Below, one piece after another: positions 1 through 9,184 of a stretch of 25,588 bases of DNA; within the stretch, counting starts at the first letter, position 1; every line of letters begins with the position of its first letter. The position numbers were made by a program, and so were the translations under genes. This stretch comes from an uncultured archaeon (GTDB lineage Archaea > Asgardarchaeota > Lokiarchaeia > Sigyniarchaeales > SOKP01): positions 1-25,588 of the forward strand of contig CAZGJX010000059.1 in NCBI GenBank assembly GCA_964525635.1. The letters are read 5' to 3'. The notes below the pieces were generated by a model. The model was not told the origin of the DNA, made no database searches, and saw only the letters and a list, made by a program, of their open reading frames with translations.

Positions 1-20
1 TTATTATAAAAGAAAGTAAT

Positions 21-315
21 ATGGAGGTATATAAGAATTATAGGACACTAAGAAAATTTAGATAATTTAGAAAATTTAAAAACATTAAATTTAAGCTATA
101 ATAATATCACAGCTATAAAGGGATTAGAAAGATTAGAGAATTTAGAGAATATAGACTTATCTTATAATCAAATCAAAGAAGTTACTGGTTTGGAAAATCT
201 AGAAAAATTAGAATATATTGATCTAGACCATAATCCTCTTCCTGATAATTTAAAAAAAATTGATGATGATGCTTTTTATCTGAAAGAATATTGTAGAACA
301 GGAGAATTACCCTAG
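21..315 (+). pseudogene. Leucine-rich repeat protein, truncated or frameshifted C-terminal fragment
   Basis: Frame 52-315 reads ENLDNLENLKTLNLSYNNITAIKGLERLENLENIDLSYNQIKEVTGLENLEKLEYIDLDHNPL...ELP* (SDS22-like LxxLxLxxNxI repeats). It is closed upstream by in-frame TAA at 49-51. The nearest upstream ATG (21) is in another frame. Confidence 0.75.
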
Positions 316-372
316 CTAATAATCTTATTCTCTTTATTGGTTTTTTACATTAAAAATCTTTCACGATCTTTA

Positions 373-409
373 TTCATGAAAGGTTCATGAAATGAATATT
401 AAAATCCTT
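373..409 (+). repeat. Degenerate copy (R0) of the cassette-leader motif
   Basis: TTCATGAAATGAATATTAAAATCCTT resembles R1 TTAATGGAAAATGAATATGAAATCAT. Its AAAATC box (401) lies 171 nt before ATG 572, matching the spacing of R1-R3. Confidence 0.5.
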
Positions 410-571
410 GCAATGGAATTATAAAAATAAGAAAATGTTAAACTAAGAAAATATAATTTTCATTAATTCTTATGTACTAATTAACATTCTTTATATTCAT
501 CAAAACCGATTTTATTAAAATTCTATCTTAATATTGAAAAAAAATAAATTATCAAAACACCTTATTATATT

Positions 572-781
572 ATGTCACTTGATAAATTTCCTGATTTAGT
601 CGAATTACCGACCAAAGAAAAAATACTGCTTGTGGAAAATTTATGGGATAGTATTAGATCTGAAATTATTACTAATCCAATACCTAAAAGTCATGAGGAA
701 GAATTAGATAAACGTCAAAATACTCTCAATAAAGATAATCTTTTATCACTTGAAGATCTAAAGAATCGAATTAAAAAATGA
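572..781 (+). CDS. Addiction-module antitoxin component (TIGR02574-like)
   Basis: 69 aa with the LPxxEKILLVENLWDSI...HEEELDKR pattern; overlaps the next gene by ATGA. Confidence 0.85.
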   Translation: MSLDKFPDLVELPTKEKILLVENLWDSIRSEIITNPIPKSHEEELDKRQNTLNKDNLLSLEDLKNRIKK

Positions 782-1095
782 AAATACATTATACTTTAAG
801 GTTTCACCCTGATATCCAAGGAGATCTTCAAGAAATTTACTCTTGGTATGAAAAAAAAATGTTTGGTCTTGGAGAAGATTTTCTTCAAGTCTTTTATTCT
901 AGTACAAAAGTAATTATAGAAAATCCCCTTCAATATCCTAAGATATATAGAAATTATCATCGATATTTACTTCAAAAATTTCCTTATGCTCTTTATTATA
1001 TTATTGAAAATAATCTAATTATTGTAATGGGTGTCTTTCATCATTCACGTGATCCACGAATGATTAAATCTGAATTGAGAAATAGAAAAGATTGA
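778..1095 (+). CDS. RelE/ParE-family type II toxin
   Basis: DLQEIYSWYE...GLGEDF...NPLQYP...KFPYALYY...VFHHSRDP is a typical ParE-like pattern; translationally coupled to the upstream antitoxin. Confidence 0.9.
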   Translation: MKIHYTLRFHPDIQGDLQEIYSWYEKKMFGLGEDFLQVFYSSTKVIIENPLQYPKIYRNYHRYLLQKFPYALYYIIENNLIIVMGVFHHSRDPRMIKSELRNRKD

Positions 1096-1416
1096 TAATC
1101 TTTTTTTACTATTAGTTATGTTATAGAAGATTTCATAAGATCAACTATTTTTAAAGATAGTATTTGATGATCTTAAAAAAAATAAATCTTTTTTATTCTG
1201 TCTTTCTTTAGAATTTTTTGAAAATCGGAATAATTACTTAAAATAACATATTTATGCAAACTATAACCTCTCTAATATTCAAAAATAATAAAAAATGAGA
1301 GAGGGGAATCGAATTTATGGGAATTGAACTTATATTCCTCAGAATAACATTTTTTTAATTGTATTTTTTTATTAACAATCTTATTAATAGAAATTTTTTT
1401 TTTTGAAAATAAGTTT

Positions 1417-1463
1417 TTAATGGAAAATATGGTTATTTTAATGGAAAATGAATATGAAATCAT
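1417..1463 (+). repeat. Cassette-leader motif copy R1
   Basis: TTAATGGAAAATATGGTTATTTTAATGGAAAATGAATATGAAATCAT; aligns without gaps to R2 and R3. Confidence 0.85.
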
Positions 1464-1624
1464 CGTATGGGGATAAAATACCTTTTCAATAATAAAAATC
1501 TGACAATTCTAGTTTCAAGGTAAAATAATTATATTATAAATATAAATTTATATGTGTAATTCCAATCTTATAATTAATTAGATACACAAATAAAATATAC
1601 AAATAAAAAGAGGAATGAAAAATT

Positions 1625-2383
1625 ATGTATTTTTGGAAACATTGGGACGTTACTCACGATAAACACGTTGTATGTAATCCCATGAGTAGTGAAAAAATAG
1701 ATGAATTAGTAAAACTTCTAAATCCTTATCTTTCAGCGGAATCTAAAATCGTAGATATAGCAATGGGAAAAGCAGAATTTATAATCCGTTTAATTGAGGA
1801 ATATAATCTCTCAGCTATAGGTATTGACCTCTCCCCTAAATTCTGTAAAGATGCCCAGGAAAATGTGAAAAAACGAATATCTAATGCAGATGTAGAACTT
1901 CTCGAAATGGATGGAGCAGATTATAAACCAAAGGAGTTAGAATCATTCGATTTGGTTTCATGTTTAGGTGCCAGTTGGATTTATGGAGGATATGAAGGAA
2001 CCCTAAAATATATGATGGAACTTACAAAGAAAGGAGGAATCGTGATAAGTGGTGAACCATATTGGAAATCTGCCCCTCCAGAAGAATATATTAAGATAGC
2101 AAAAGAATTATATGATGATTTTGGAGAATATGCTAGTCACTATGAAAATGTGCAAATTGGAGAAAAATTAGGTTTAAAGTTAGTTTACTCAATCGCAAGT
2201 AATTTAGATGATTGGGATAGATATATAGGGCTCCAATGGCACTCCACGGATGTCTTCGCTAAAGAACATCCTGATGATCCTGATCTAATTAAGATCTATG
2301 AGAAATTGGATAAAGAAAAAGAAGTATACTTTAATTGGGAAAGAGATCTTTTTGGTTGGGCAATTTATGTCTTTAGAAAATAG
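1625..2383 (+). CDS. Class I SAM-dependent methyltransferase (YjhP-like)
   Basis: VDIAMGKAE motif I, GIDLSP, FDLVSCLGASWIYGG, GEPYW, C-terminal FGWAIYV. Confidence 0.9.
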   Translation: MYFWKHWDVTHDKHVVCNPMSSEKIDELVKLLNPYLSAESKIVDIAMGKAEFIIRLIEEYNLSAIGIDLSPKFCKDAQENVKKRISNADVELLEMDGADYKPKELESFDLVSCLGASWIYGGYEGTLKYMMELTKKGGIVISGEPYWKSAPPEEYIKIAKELYDDFGEYASHYENVQIGEKLGLKLVYSIASNLDDWDRYIGLQWHSTDVFAKEHPDDPDLIKIYEKLDKEKEVYFNWERDLFGWAIYVFRK

Positions 2384-2646
2384 TATTTTTTCTTTAAATT
2401 TTGAAGCTAAAGATTTCTGAATAATAACGGAAATTTATAACTCTTCAATAAGAAAATCAGATTTAGGAATTAAGAAAATTTTTTTAACTGAATTTTATTT
2501 TGGAAAATGAACTAGATCACTTTGTTACCAAACCACATCTATCAAGTATTTCATATTCATTATTTTTTCTATATTCACTGAGTAAAAGAAAAGAAGTAAT
2601 ATAATCTATTTTTTTTCATATAGGAATTTACTTAATATATATATAC

Positions 2647-2693
2647 TTAATGGAAAAGGATTCTTTTTTAATGGAAAATGGAAAGGAAATCCT
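2647..2693 (+). repeat. Cassette-leader motif copy R2
   Basis: TTAATGGAAAAGGATTCTTTTTTAATGGAAAATGGAAAGGAAATCCT. Confidence 0.85.
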
Positions 2694-2851
2694 TCTGTGA
2701 TGATAAAAGGTTATTAGAATTATGAAAAATTAATAATGTTGTTTTTAAAAAAATGATAATAATTCCAAGAAATAAATTATAAATTTTTTTCCACCTTTCT
2801 TATTATAGTAAAATTTAATTAAATGGATATTCTTAACAATAATGAAGAAAA

Positions 2852-3085
2852 ATGAATGAATATATTGATCGAATTATTAGCGATCCAAGGATATTATCAG
2901 GAAAACCTGTTTTTAAAGGAACTAGGATTCCCATTTCTATTGTATTAACCATGTTACGGGATGGTGCTTCATTTCAAAAAATTATTGAAGAGTATCCACG
3001 ACTTACTGAAGAAGATATTAAAGCAGTTTTAGATTATTCTGTTTTTATTATTGACCATCCTGAAGAAGAAATAATCAATATTTAA
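2852..3085 (+). CDS. DUF433-family antitoxin (VapB45-like)
   Basis: RIISDPRILSGKPVFKGTRIPI...EEYPRLTEEDIKAVLDY is the DUF433 signature. Confidence 0.92.
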   Translation: MNEYIDRIISDPRILSGKPVFKGTRIPISIVLTMLRDGASFQKIIEEYPRLTEEDIKAVLDYSVFIIDHPEEEIINI

Positions 3086-3117
3086 TTCTGACTTTTAAAT
3101 TTTAAAGGATATCCATT

Positions 3118-3480
3118 ATGGAAATTATTATTGATGAATGCATTGCAAAATCAACAGGATTATGTTTAATAGACGCAGAATTTAAAATTATTAGAGTAGA
3201 GGATGTATTAAATCCTGGAGTTGATGATAAAAAGATATTTGAATATGCTAATAAAAATAATCTAGCGATACTTACTCATGATCGAGGATTTGGTGTGCTC
3301 TACCATTTTTCTAAAGATACTCATCCAACAGTTATAATACTTCAAGTTCTTTCTCCTCATCCTAAAGCAACTAATAATCTCTTAAAGAATACCTTATTAA
3401 AAATAGATTTAAATAAACCTAAATATCATAGAAAATTAATCATTGTTTCGAAAAAAAATATCAGAATAAGGTCAAAATAA
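3118..3480 (+). CDS. DUF5615 PIN-like toxin (VapC45-like)
   Basis: IIIDECI...DDKKIFEYA...ILTHDRGFG acidic PIN motifs; lies directly after DUF433. Confidence 0.88.
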   Translation: MEIIIDECIAKSTGLCLIDAEFKIIRVEDVLNPGVDDKKIFEYANKNNLAILTHDRGFGVLYHFSKDTHPTVIILQVLSPHPKATNNLLKNTLLKIDLNKPKYHRKLIIVSKKNIRIRSK

Positions 3481-3656
3481 TCTAAAATCAGTAAATAAAT
3501 TTAACTGGAAATTCCTTTTATTAGGAATTTGATTTCTTCATTTTTAATAAAAAATAATTAAAAATTAAAGAAAAAAATCATAATAATATTTATTAAAATC
3601 TATATTTTAATAATTTGGCAGATTAAATTGATATTATCCTATATAAAAGTTATTTT

Positions 3657-3703
3657 TTCATGGAAAAAAGTCTTTTTTTAATGGAAATTGAGAGTGAAAT
3701 CAT
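3657..3703 (+). repeat. Cassette-leader motif copy R3
   Basis: TTCATGGAAAAAAGTCTTTTTTTAATGGAAATTGAGAGTGAAATCAT. Confidence 0.85.
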
Positions 3704-3845
3704 AGTTTTACGCACTCTTGTATATATGAATATATGATATAAGTGATATCTATACTACTTATTTTCCAAATTTCTGATTTAAAAAAATAGAGTAAAAACA
3801 GAGATTTAAATAAAACGAGTTTTTTAAATAATAAGAAGAACTAAA

Positions 3846-3850
3846 GGAGG
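3846..3850 (+). promoter_or_regulatory. Shine-Dalgarno-like GGAGG upstream of a probable ATT start
   Basis: AAAGGAGGT lies 10 nt upstream of in-frame ATT at 3861. Confidence 0.55.
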
Positions 3851-3860
3851 TCCGTTTTTA

Positions 3861-5600
3861 ATTACAAAAAATAATAAATCTTCAAGAATTACTATAGGGA
3901 TTCTTATACATTATATTGATGATCCCTATGCTGAGATGTTATGTGAAGGGATTGAAAAGGTGGCAATAGAACAAGATATTAATACAATTTATTTTATGGG
4001 AGGAAATCTTGGAAAATCCCCTGATCCTTACGCAATAAGATCTAATATTATATATAACTTAGCTGATAGTTCTAATGTTGATGGACTAATTATTAGTTCT
4101 GCAATAATAAGTAATTTTATTACAAAAGATAAAATGGAAGAATTTGTAAAACAATATAAAGATATCCCCAAAGTAAGTCTTGGAATGTCAATACCTGATA
4201 CAATAAATATATTAATTAATAATAAGAAAGGTATGAAGGAAGTTATTAGTCATTTAATTGAAGTTCATAAAATCAAGAAAATTGCTTTTATTAAAGGCCC
4301 TGAGGATAATTTGGATGCCAAAATACGTTTTAGGGCATATCAGGAGATTTTAGAGGAGTTAAATATCCCATATGATCCAGAATTAGTAATACAAGGTAAT
4401 TTCACAGGGGTTAGCGGTAAAAATGGTACTGTTGCACTTCTTGATAATGGTATTGACTTTAAAGCGATAGTAGCTGCTAATGATGAAATGGCTTTAGGGG
4501 CGATTCATGAATTAAAAAAAAGAGGATATGGAATTCCCAAAGATTTCTTAGTTGTTGGATTTGATAACATTTTCACAAGTAAATTCTCTACTCCTTCTTT
4601 AACAACAGTTAAACAACCTATATATGAACAAGGTAGAAAAGCTATGGAGACAATTATCTCCTTAGTTAAAGGCCAAGATAAAGTTGAAGATATAATCTTA
4701 TCAACTAAATTAGTAATACATAAATCATGTGGTTGTTATCCTAAATCAATGGTTGAAAATATCTTAGATACTCATTTAAAATCAAAAGAATCTGAAAGTG
4801 ATTTAGCTATTGATCTAAATAAAATTATTTCAGAAATTCAAAAATCAAACATTTATGAAAATTTTAAAATGAATCCAATATTAGTTCAAGATTTATTAAC
4901 TACTTTTATTGAGGATATTTCAGGAAAAAAGGAAGATTTCTTTTTAAAAAAACTAAATGAATTAGTTGATGATTTAATAACAATTGATTCAGATTTAAAA
5001 GATTGGAAAGACATTCTTTCAATGTTTAAGAATTTTTCTTTAATCTATAAATCTAATAGCAAGATTAAGGCGAGAGCTGAATATATATTGCTTAAAGCAA
5101 ATAATCTTATTAATGATACAATTGAACAATTTGATTTTTTTAAATCTCATCAAGACTATAAAATGATTATTAATTATGCTAGAGCAACTACTTCTTTGAA
5201 TTCATGTTATGATCTCTCAAAAATAAATGATATTATTTCAGAAACATTTCCTCGTTTAGGTCTCAATTATACATACATCTCTTTGTATGAAGGAGAGACA
5301 TTACCACCAGAAGAGACTAGATTAATTGCTGCTTTTAATTTAAATAAACAAATTAATTTACCTGAAAAGGGAGTACTTTTTAAAACAAAGCAATTAATAC
5401 CAGATGATTTCTTCCCAAAAAATGAGAGATATAGCTTTTTTATTGAATCGCTTCATTTTAGAAATGAACCTCAATATGGATTTGCTATTTATGAACTTAA
5501 ACCAGATATAATACATTTTGATTTAAGAGGCCACCTTGGTAATACCATAAAAGGAGCATTTTTACAAAAAGAGCTTACAGATTTAAAAAACAAATCATGA
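3861..5600 (+). CDS. LacI/periplasmic-binding-protein-fold sugar sensor lacking HTH and output domain
   Basis: NKKGMKEVISHLIEVH..KKIAFIKGP, AANDEMALGA, VVGFDN, LTTVKQPIYEQG, SCGC. The frame is open upstream of ATG 3936 (ITKNNKSSRITIGILIHY...) back to TAA 3825. The start position is inferred. Confidence 0.85.
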   Translation: MTKNNKSSRITIGILIHYIDDPYAEMLCEGIEKVAIEQDINTIYFMGGNLGKSPDPYAIRSNIIYNLADSSNVDGLIISSAIISNFITKDKMEEFVKQYKDIPKVSLGMSIPDTINILINNKKGMKEVISHLIEVHKIKKIAFIKGPEDNLDAKIRFRAYQEILEELNIPYDPELVIQGNFTGVSGKNGTVALLDNGIDFKAIVAANDEMALGAIHELKKRGYGIPKDFLVVGFDNIFTSKFSTPSLTTVKQPIYEQGRKAMETIISLVKGQDKVEDIILSTKLVIHKSCGCYPKSMVENILDTHLKSKESESDLAIDLNKIISEIQKSNIYENFKMNPILVQDLLTTFIEDISGKKEDFFLKKLNELVDDLITIDSDLKDWKDILSMFKNFSLIYKSNSKIKARAEYILLKANNLINDTIEQFDFFKSHQDYKMIINYARATTSLNSCYDLSKINDIISETFPRLGLNYTYISLYEGETLPPEETRLIAAFNLNKQINLPEKGVLFKTKQLIPDDFFPKNERYSFFIESLHFRNEPQYGFAIYELKPDIIHFDLRGHLGNTIKGAFLQKELTDLKNKS

Positions 5601-5684
5601 TGAGTGAAAAAAAAGCTTTTAGAATAAAATATTAATCATAATATAGCTTTTTTAATTTAATATATTATTTTTTAATCATTAAAA

Positions 5685-6191
5685 ATGAATATTAAACAAA
5701 GACATTTCATAAGAAAGAATGAATTAAATCAAATAAGGGAAGATCTTAAAAAACAGTATAGTGATGAGTTTTCAGATATAATTTTTCCGAAAAAGAGTAA
5801 CGTAGAAATTATAATCACTGAAGAGGGAGATGAATTATATGCTGTTAATGATAAATTGACCCTTTGGAGATCAAAAGAGGGATTTTTACCCGTATTAACG
5901 TTATTATTAAATAAACAGGTTGATCTAAAGACCGTTATAGTGGATATGGGCGCTGTTAGATTTGTTACAAATGGAGCAGATATAATGAGACCAGGAATCA
6001 CAAAAATAAATCCCAATATAAAACAGAATAATATTATTAGAATTGCAGATGAGAAAAACAACCAAACATTAGCTATAGGAAAGGCAATGTATGATGCTGA
6101 AAAAATGGAAAAAATGGATAAAGGTAAAGTTATAAAAAATTTGCATACAATCCAAGATAGTGTTTGGAAATTTGCTAAAAACTTCAAATAA
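5685..6191 (+). CDS. PUA-domain RNA-binding protein (MCT-1/Tma20-like, DUF1947 + PUA)
   Basis: VDMGAVRFVTNGADIMRPGI, AIGKA, KGKVIKNLHTIQD. Confidence 0.92.
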   Translation: MNIKQRHFIRKNELNQIREDLKKQYSDEFSDIIFPKKSNVEIIITEEGDELYAVNDKLTLWRSKEGFLPVLTLLLNKQVDLKTVIVDMGAVRFVTNGADIMRPGITKINPNIKQNNIIRIADEKNNQTLAIGKAMYDAEKMEKMDKGKVIKNLHTIQDSVWKFAKNFK

Positions 6192-6275
6192 CATTTAATT
6201 TATTTTTTCAACAACTTCTTCATTTATATTATTTAGTATATCTATACAAATATTAAAAAATAGATTATAGTCCCT

Positions 6276-6995
6276 ATGAATTTTATCTTAATTATCTTAA
6301 TTTTTATTTTTGTTATAAGTATTGGCATTGTTCATGGTTTAGAACCGGCTCATGGTTGGCCTATTGCATTATTATATTCTTCTGAAAGAACTAACTATTA
6401 TAAAGCATCATTTTTAAGTTCGTCTATAATCGCTATAGCTAATGTTATTTCTAATATTATTATCATTTTTATCTTTATTTTATCTAGTTTTTTTTTACAG
6501 ATGGAAAAATATATGATGAATATAATAGCCTTAGCTATTCTAATGATAATGGCAATTTTATCTATAAAAAATTATTTTATAAGAAAAGAAAAATTAAATT
6601 CAAGAAATAATGATGAAACTGATATTAATTCAAACTCTTATAATACTGATTACTATAATAATATCTTAATATCAGCATACTTTCAAGAGCATTTCACTAA
6701 ACATCCTTATTCTCTTAAATCGATATTTATATTTGGTTTCCTTTTAGGATTTCTTAATCAAGAGGAACTTGCCATTCTTGGTATAGCTTTCACAGGTATT
6801 AATCCATATTTATTAATTTTAGTCTATACCCTTAGCGTATATTTTTCTTTTATTATAATTACTCTATGGAGTATAAAAAAATATGAAATTTTAAAAGAAG
6901 GCAATAAATTAAAGAAGATTTTACCAATAATAAATTTCTTGAACTTTATTATTCTTGCTATTTTAATTATACTTGATTTAGCTAGTATGATTTAA
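6276..6995 (+). CDS. Ni/Co transporter-like (NicO/HoxN superfamily) membrane protein
   Basis: GIVHGLEPAHGWP motif followed by about six hydrophobic segments. Confidence 0.7.
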   Translation: MNFILIILIFIFVISIGIVHGLEPAHGWPIALLYSSERTNYYKASFLSSSIIAIANVISNIIIIFIFILSSFFLQMEKYMMNIIALAILMIMAILSIKNYFIRKEKLNSRNNDETDINSNSYNTDYYNNILISAYFQEHFTKHPYSLKSIFIFGFLLGFLNQEELAILGIAFTGINPYLLILVYTLSVYFSFIIITLWSIKKYEILKEGNKLKKILPIINFLNFIILAILIILDLASMI

Positions 6996-7031
6996 AAATG
7001 AGTTTATTAATTTAAATGACTAATAAGATAT

Positions 7032-7322
7032 TTAATCTTCTATATTTTCTTTTAGAAGATCATTAAGAATATCTATTTCATTATCATTAAGTCTATCTCT
7101 TTTTTTACTATATGCATCAAAGGGATCTTCACATTTATCATTAAAAAGAGATAATACAATTGGCATAGCTTTTTGAAAAAATTCATAATTTCCAGTTGCT
7201 GTATAGATTTCCATTAATTCTCTTATTGAATTACTTTGTAATAATTCTATTTTTATAGGATCATTTTTGATTTCTGAATATTTTTCAATAACCTTTGTAA
7301 AAAATTCGTTTTCACTTAGCAT
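7032..7322 (-). CDS. Hypothetical protein
   Basis: 96-aa ORF with normal composition, convergent with the upstream gene; no recognised motif. Confidence 0.7.
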   Translation of the reverse strand: MLSENEFFTKVIEKYSEIKNDPIKIELLQSNSIRELMEIYTATGNYEFFQKAMPIVLSLFNDKCEDPFDAYSKKRDRLNDNEIDILNDLLKENIED

Positions 7323-7810
7323 GATATATCATTGAATATAGATAGATCGTTGATGTTTATAAAACTTTATTTTTTTGTATATTTTGTATCATTATCTCAA
7401 ATTTCTTCATAATTTTAATATAAATAATACAGAGATATATGATTCGTTTTATAAATCATTAAAAATGAACAAAAATATAATTATTACTATTTTTTTTGCA
7501 GTGGAAAAAAAAACACATTGACCTATAGAATTTCAATTTCTGTATTCAGTGAACTTTTTTTTACTATGTTATTTAAAAAGGAAGTTAAAGTTCTTTATAT
7601 CATACATTTTCTAAATAATATATTTATTAGTTCTTTGACTAAATATAGGAAAAATAATATCTGGATAGTGTGTAATCTGCATAATACAGTGTAATAATAA
7701 TCAAAGCTTCAATATTCTATCTATATTATTTAGATCTTATTCCAACAATTATAATCAATATATCATCATAATTTGTTGGGATTACGTTTATATTATATTC
7801 AAATAAAAGA

Positions 7811-8125
7811 TTGTGTGTGAAAATGAAAATGGGTATGTATAGAAGTTACCTTCTTAAAAATAATTTTTGGGCAAAAAAAGGAAATGAGCAGAATGAAAAT
7901 GAAAAGGTATTCATTAAACACGATTCAATTGTCGGTGGAATCTATGCAATAATACAAAGAGAAAATAAAGGAGTTAAAATCGTTGCAGAAGGAGAAGAAC
8001 ATTTTTTTAATAACTTTGATAAATTAGATCTATTTTTAAATCAATTACAACATAGAAAAGATGATTTTATAAAGATTTTAAAAAGAAGAAATATTTCCAG
8101 GAGATTGAGAACTTTAGAAATTTAA
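7811..8125 (+). CDS. Hypothetical protein (start uncertain; ATGs at 7823, 7829, 7835)
   Basis: About 100-aa open frame in an otherwise stop-rich AT region. Confidence 0.7.
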   Translation: MCVKMKMGMYRSYLLKNNFWAKKGNEQNENEKVFIKHDSIVGGIYAIIQRENKGVKIVAEGEEHFFNNFDKLDLFLNQLQHRKDDFIKILKRRNISRRLRTLEI

Positions 8126-8366
8126 TATTTTTTTTCCTTATTCTTGATATTAAATTGTTTTGTAATAATCATTCAAATAATAATATCAATTCTTAATTGA
8201 TTATTGAGATTAAAAATTTCATTTTTTATAAACAACAATCGATTTCTAAACCTAATAAGAAAGTAATATTTGGAATTGTAGTGTAATCTTTTTAATTTAA
8301 TACGTTTTTTCATATCTACTATAAAAAAAACAATCAATATCAAAATTTTTACAATTATTTGTTAAT

Positions 8367-9131
8367 ATGAACAGCGATAATCAAGTAGTAAGGTGGCTCA
8401 AATCAAATTCTTTACGTGTTATTATATTTGATTTTGATGGAACCTTACTTGATATAAGAGAAGTATTGGAACGAGCAATCCGAGAAGTACTTAAAGAATA
8501 TAAAATAGATGTAGATCTTGATATCATAATAAAAGAAATTGGATCAATATTGGAATCAATACAAGGCTATCCAATCCCTAAAGTTATATTACAAACACAT
8601 AAAATCTTCAAATTTATAACTACACTTAATCATATTGATTTTATGCAAAAATTAGAAATAGCTGCAAAAATTTTCACTCGATATCTTGAATATGAAAAAG
8701 ATGCTCCATTATTTCCAGGAACTAAATCTTTACTGGAAGAATTAAAGAAACACTTTGATCTTTATATTATATCACATAGTCAAAGCAAAAATTTGGAAAG
8801 ACATTTACAAGAAAAGAAAATTGAAAAATATTTCAAGGGTATATTTGGAGCAGATAAATTACCATCATTGAAACCTGATCCTAAAGTTATTGATCCAATC
8901 ATAAATCTGTATAAAAGACCAAATAGAAATGAATTTTTATTCATTGGAGATATGCCCACTGATATTGAAACAGGACAAGAGGCAGGGATTTGGACAATCG
9001 GAACCGCAAGCGGAATAAGTAATGAAAAATTATTAGCCGATTGTCAACCTGATTTGGTTATTACTTCATTAAATGAGTTATATGATCTATTTGGTCTAAA
9101 AAAAAGAAGTCTTTTAGATTCAATAAAATAA
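8367..9131 (+). CDS. HAD-superfamily hydrolase (phosphoglycolate phosphatase-like)
   Basis: FDFDGTL motif I, KPDP motif III, IGDMPTD motif IV. Confidence 0.92.
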   Translation: MNSDNQVVRWLKSNSLRVIIFDFDGTLLDIREVLERAIREVLKEYKIDVDLDIIIKEIGSILESIQGYPIPKVILQTHKIFKFITTLNHIDFMQKLEIAAKIFTRYLEYEKDAPLFPGTKSLLEELKKHFDLYIISHSQSKNLERHLQEKKIEKYFKGIFGADKLPSLKPDPKVIDPIINLYKRPNRNEFLFIGDMPTDIETGQEAGIWTIGTASGISNEKLLADCQPDLVITSLNELYDLFGLKKRSLLDSIK

Positions 9132-9184
9132 AAATCGTGGAAAAATAAATATAAAATATTTATAAATGGAAAAATAAAAGAATA

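Noticed and set aside
1272-1463. 63-aa minus-strand ORF overlapping R1
   Set aside because: Low-complexity I/K/F/S sequence; the equivalent frames at R2 and R3 lack the start or stop early.
316-3860. Classical integron attC sites or a CRISPR array
   Set aside because: I found no RYYYAAC...GTTRRRY inverted-repeat structure after the stops, and the repeats are about 1 kb apart with whole genes between them.
9137-9180. TGGAAAAATAAA twice, resembling the cassette motif
   Set aside because: Spacing differs from 21 bp, there is no GAAATC box, and it lies between convergent genes, so it is more likely T-rich termination signals on the minus strand.
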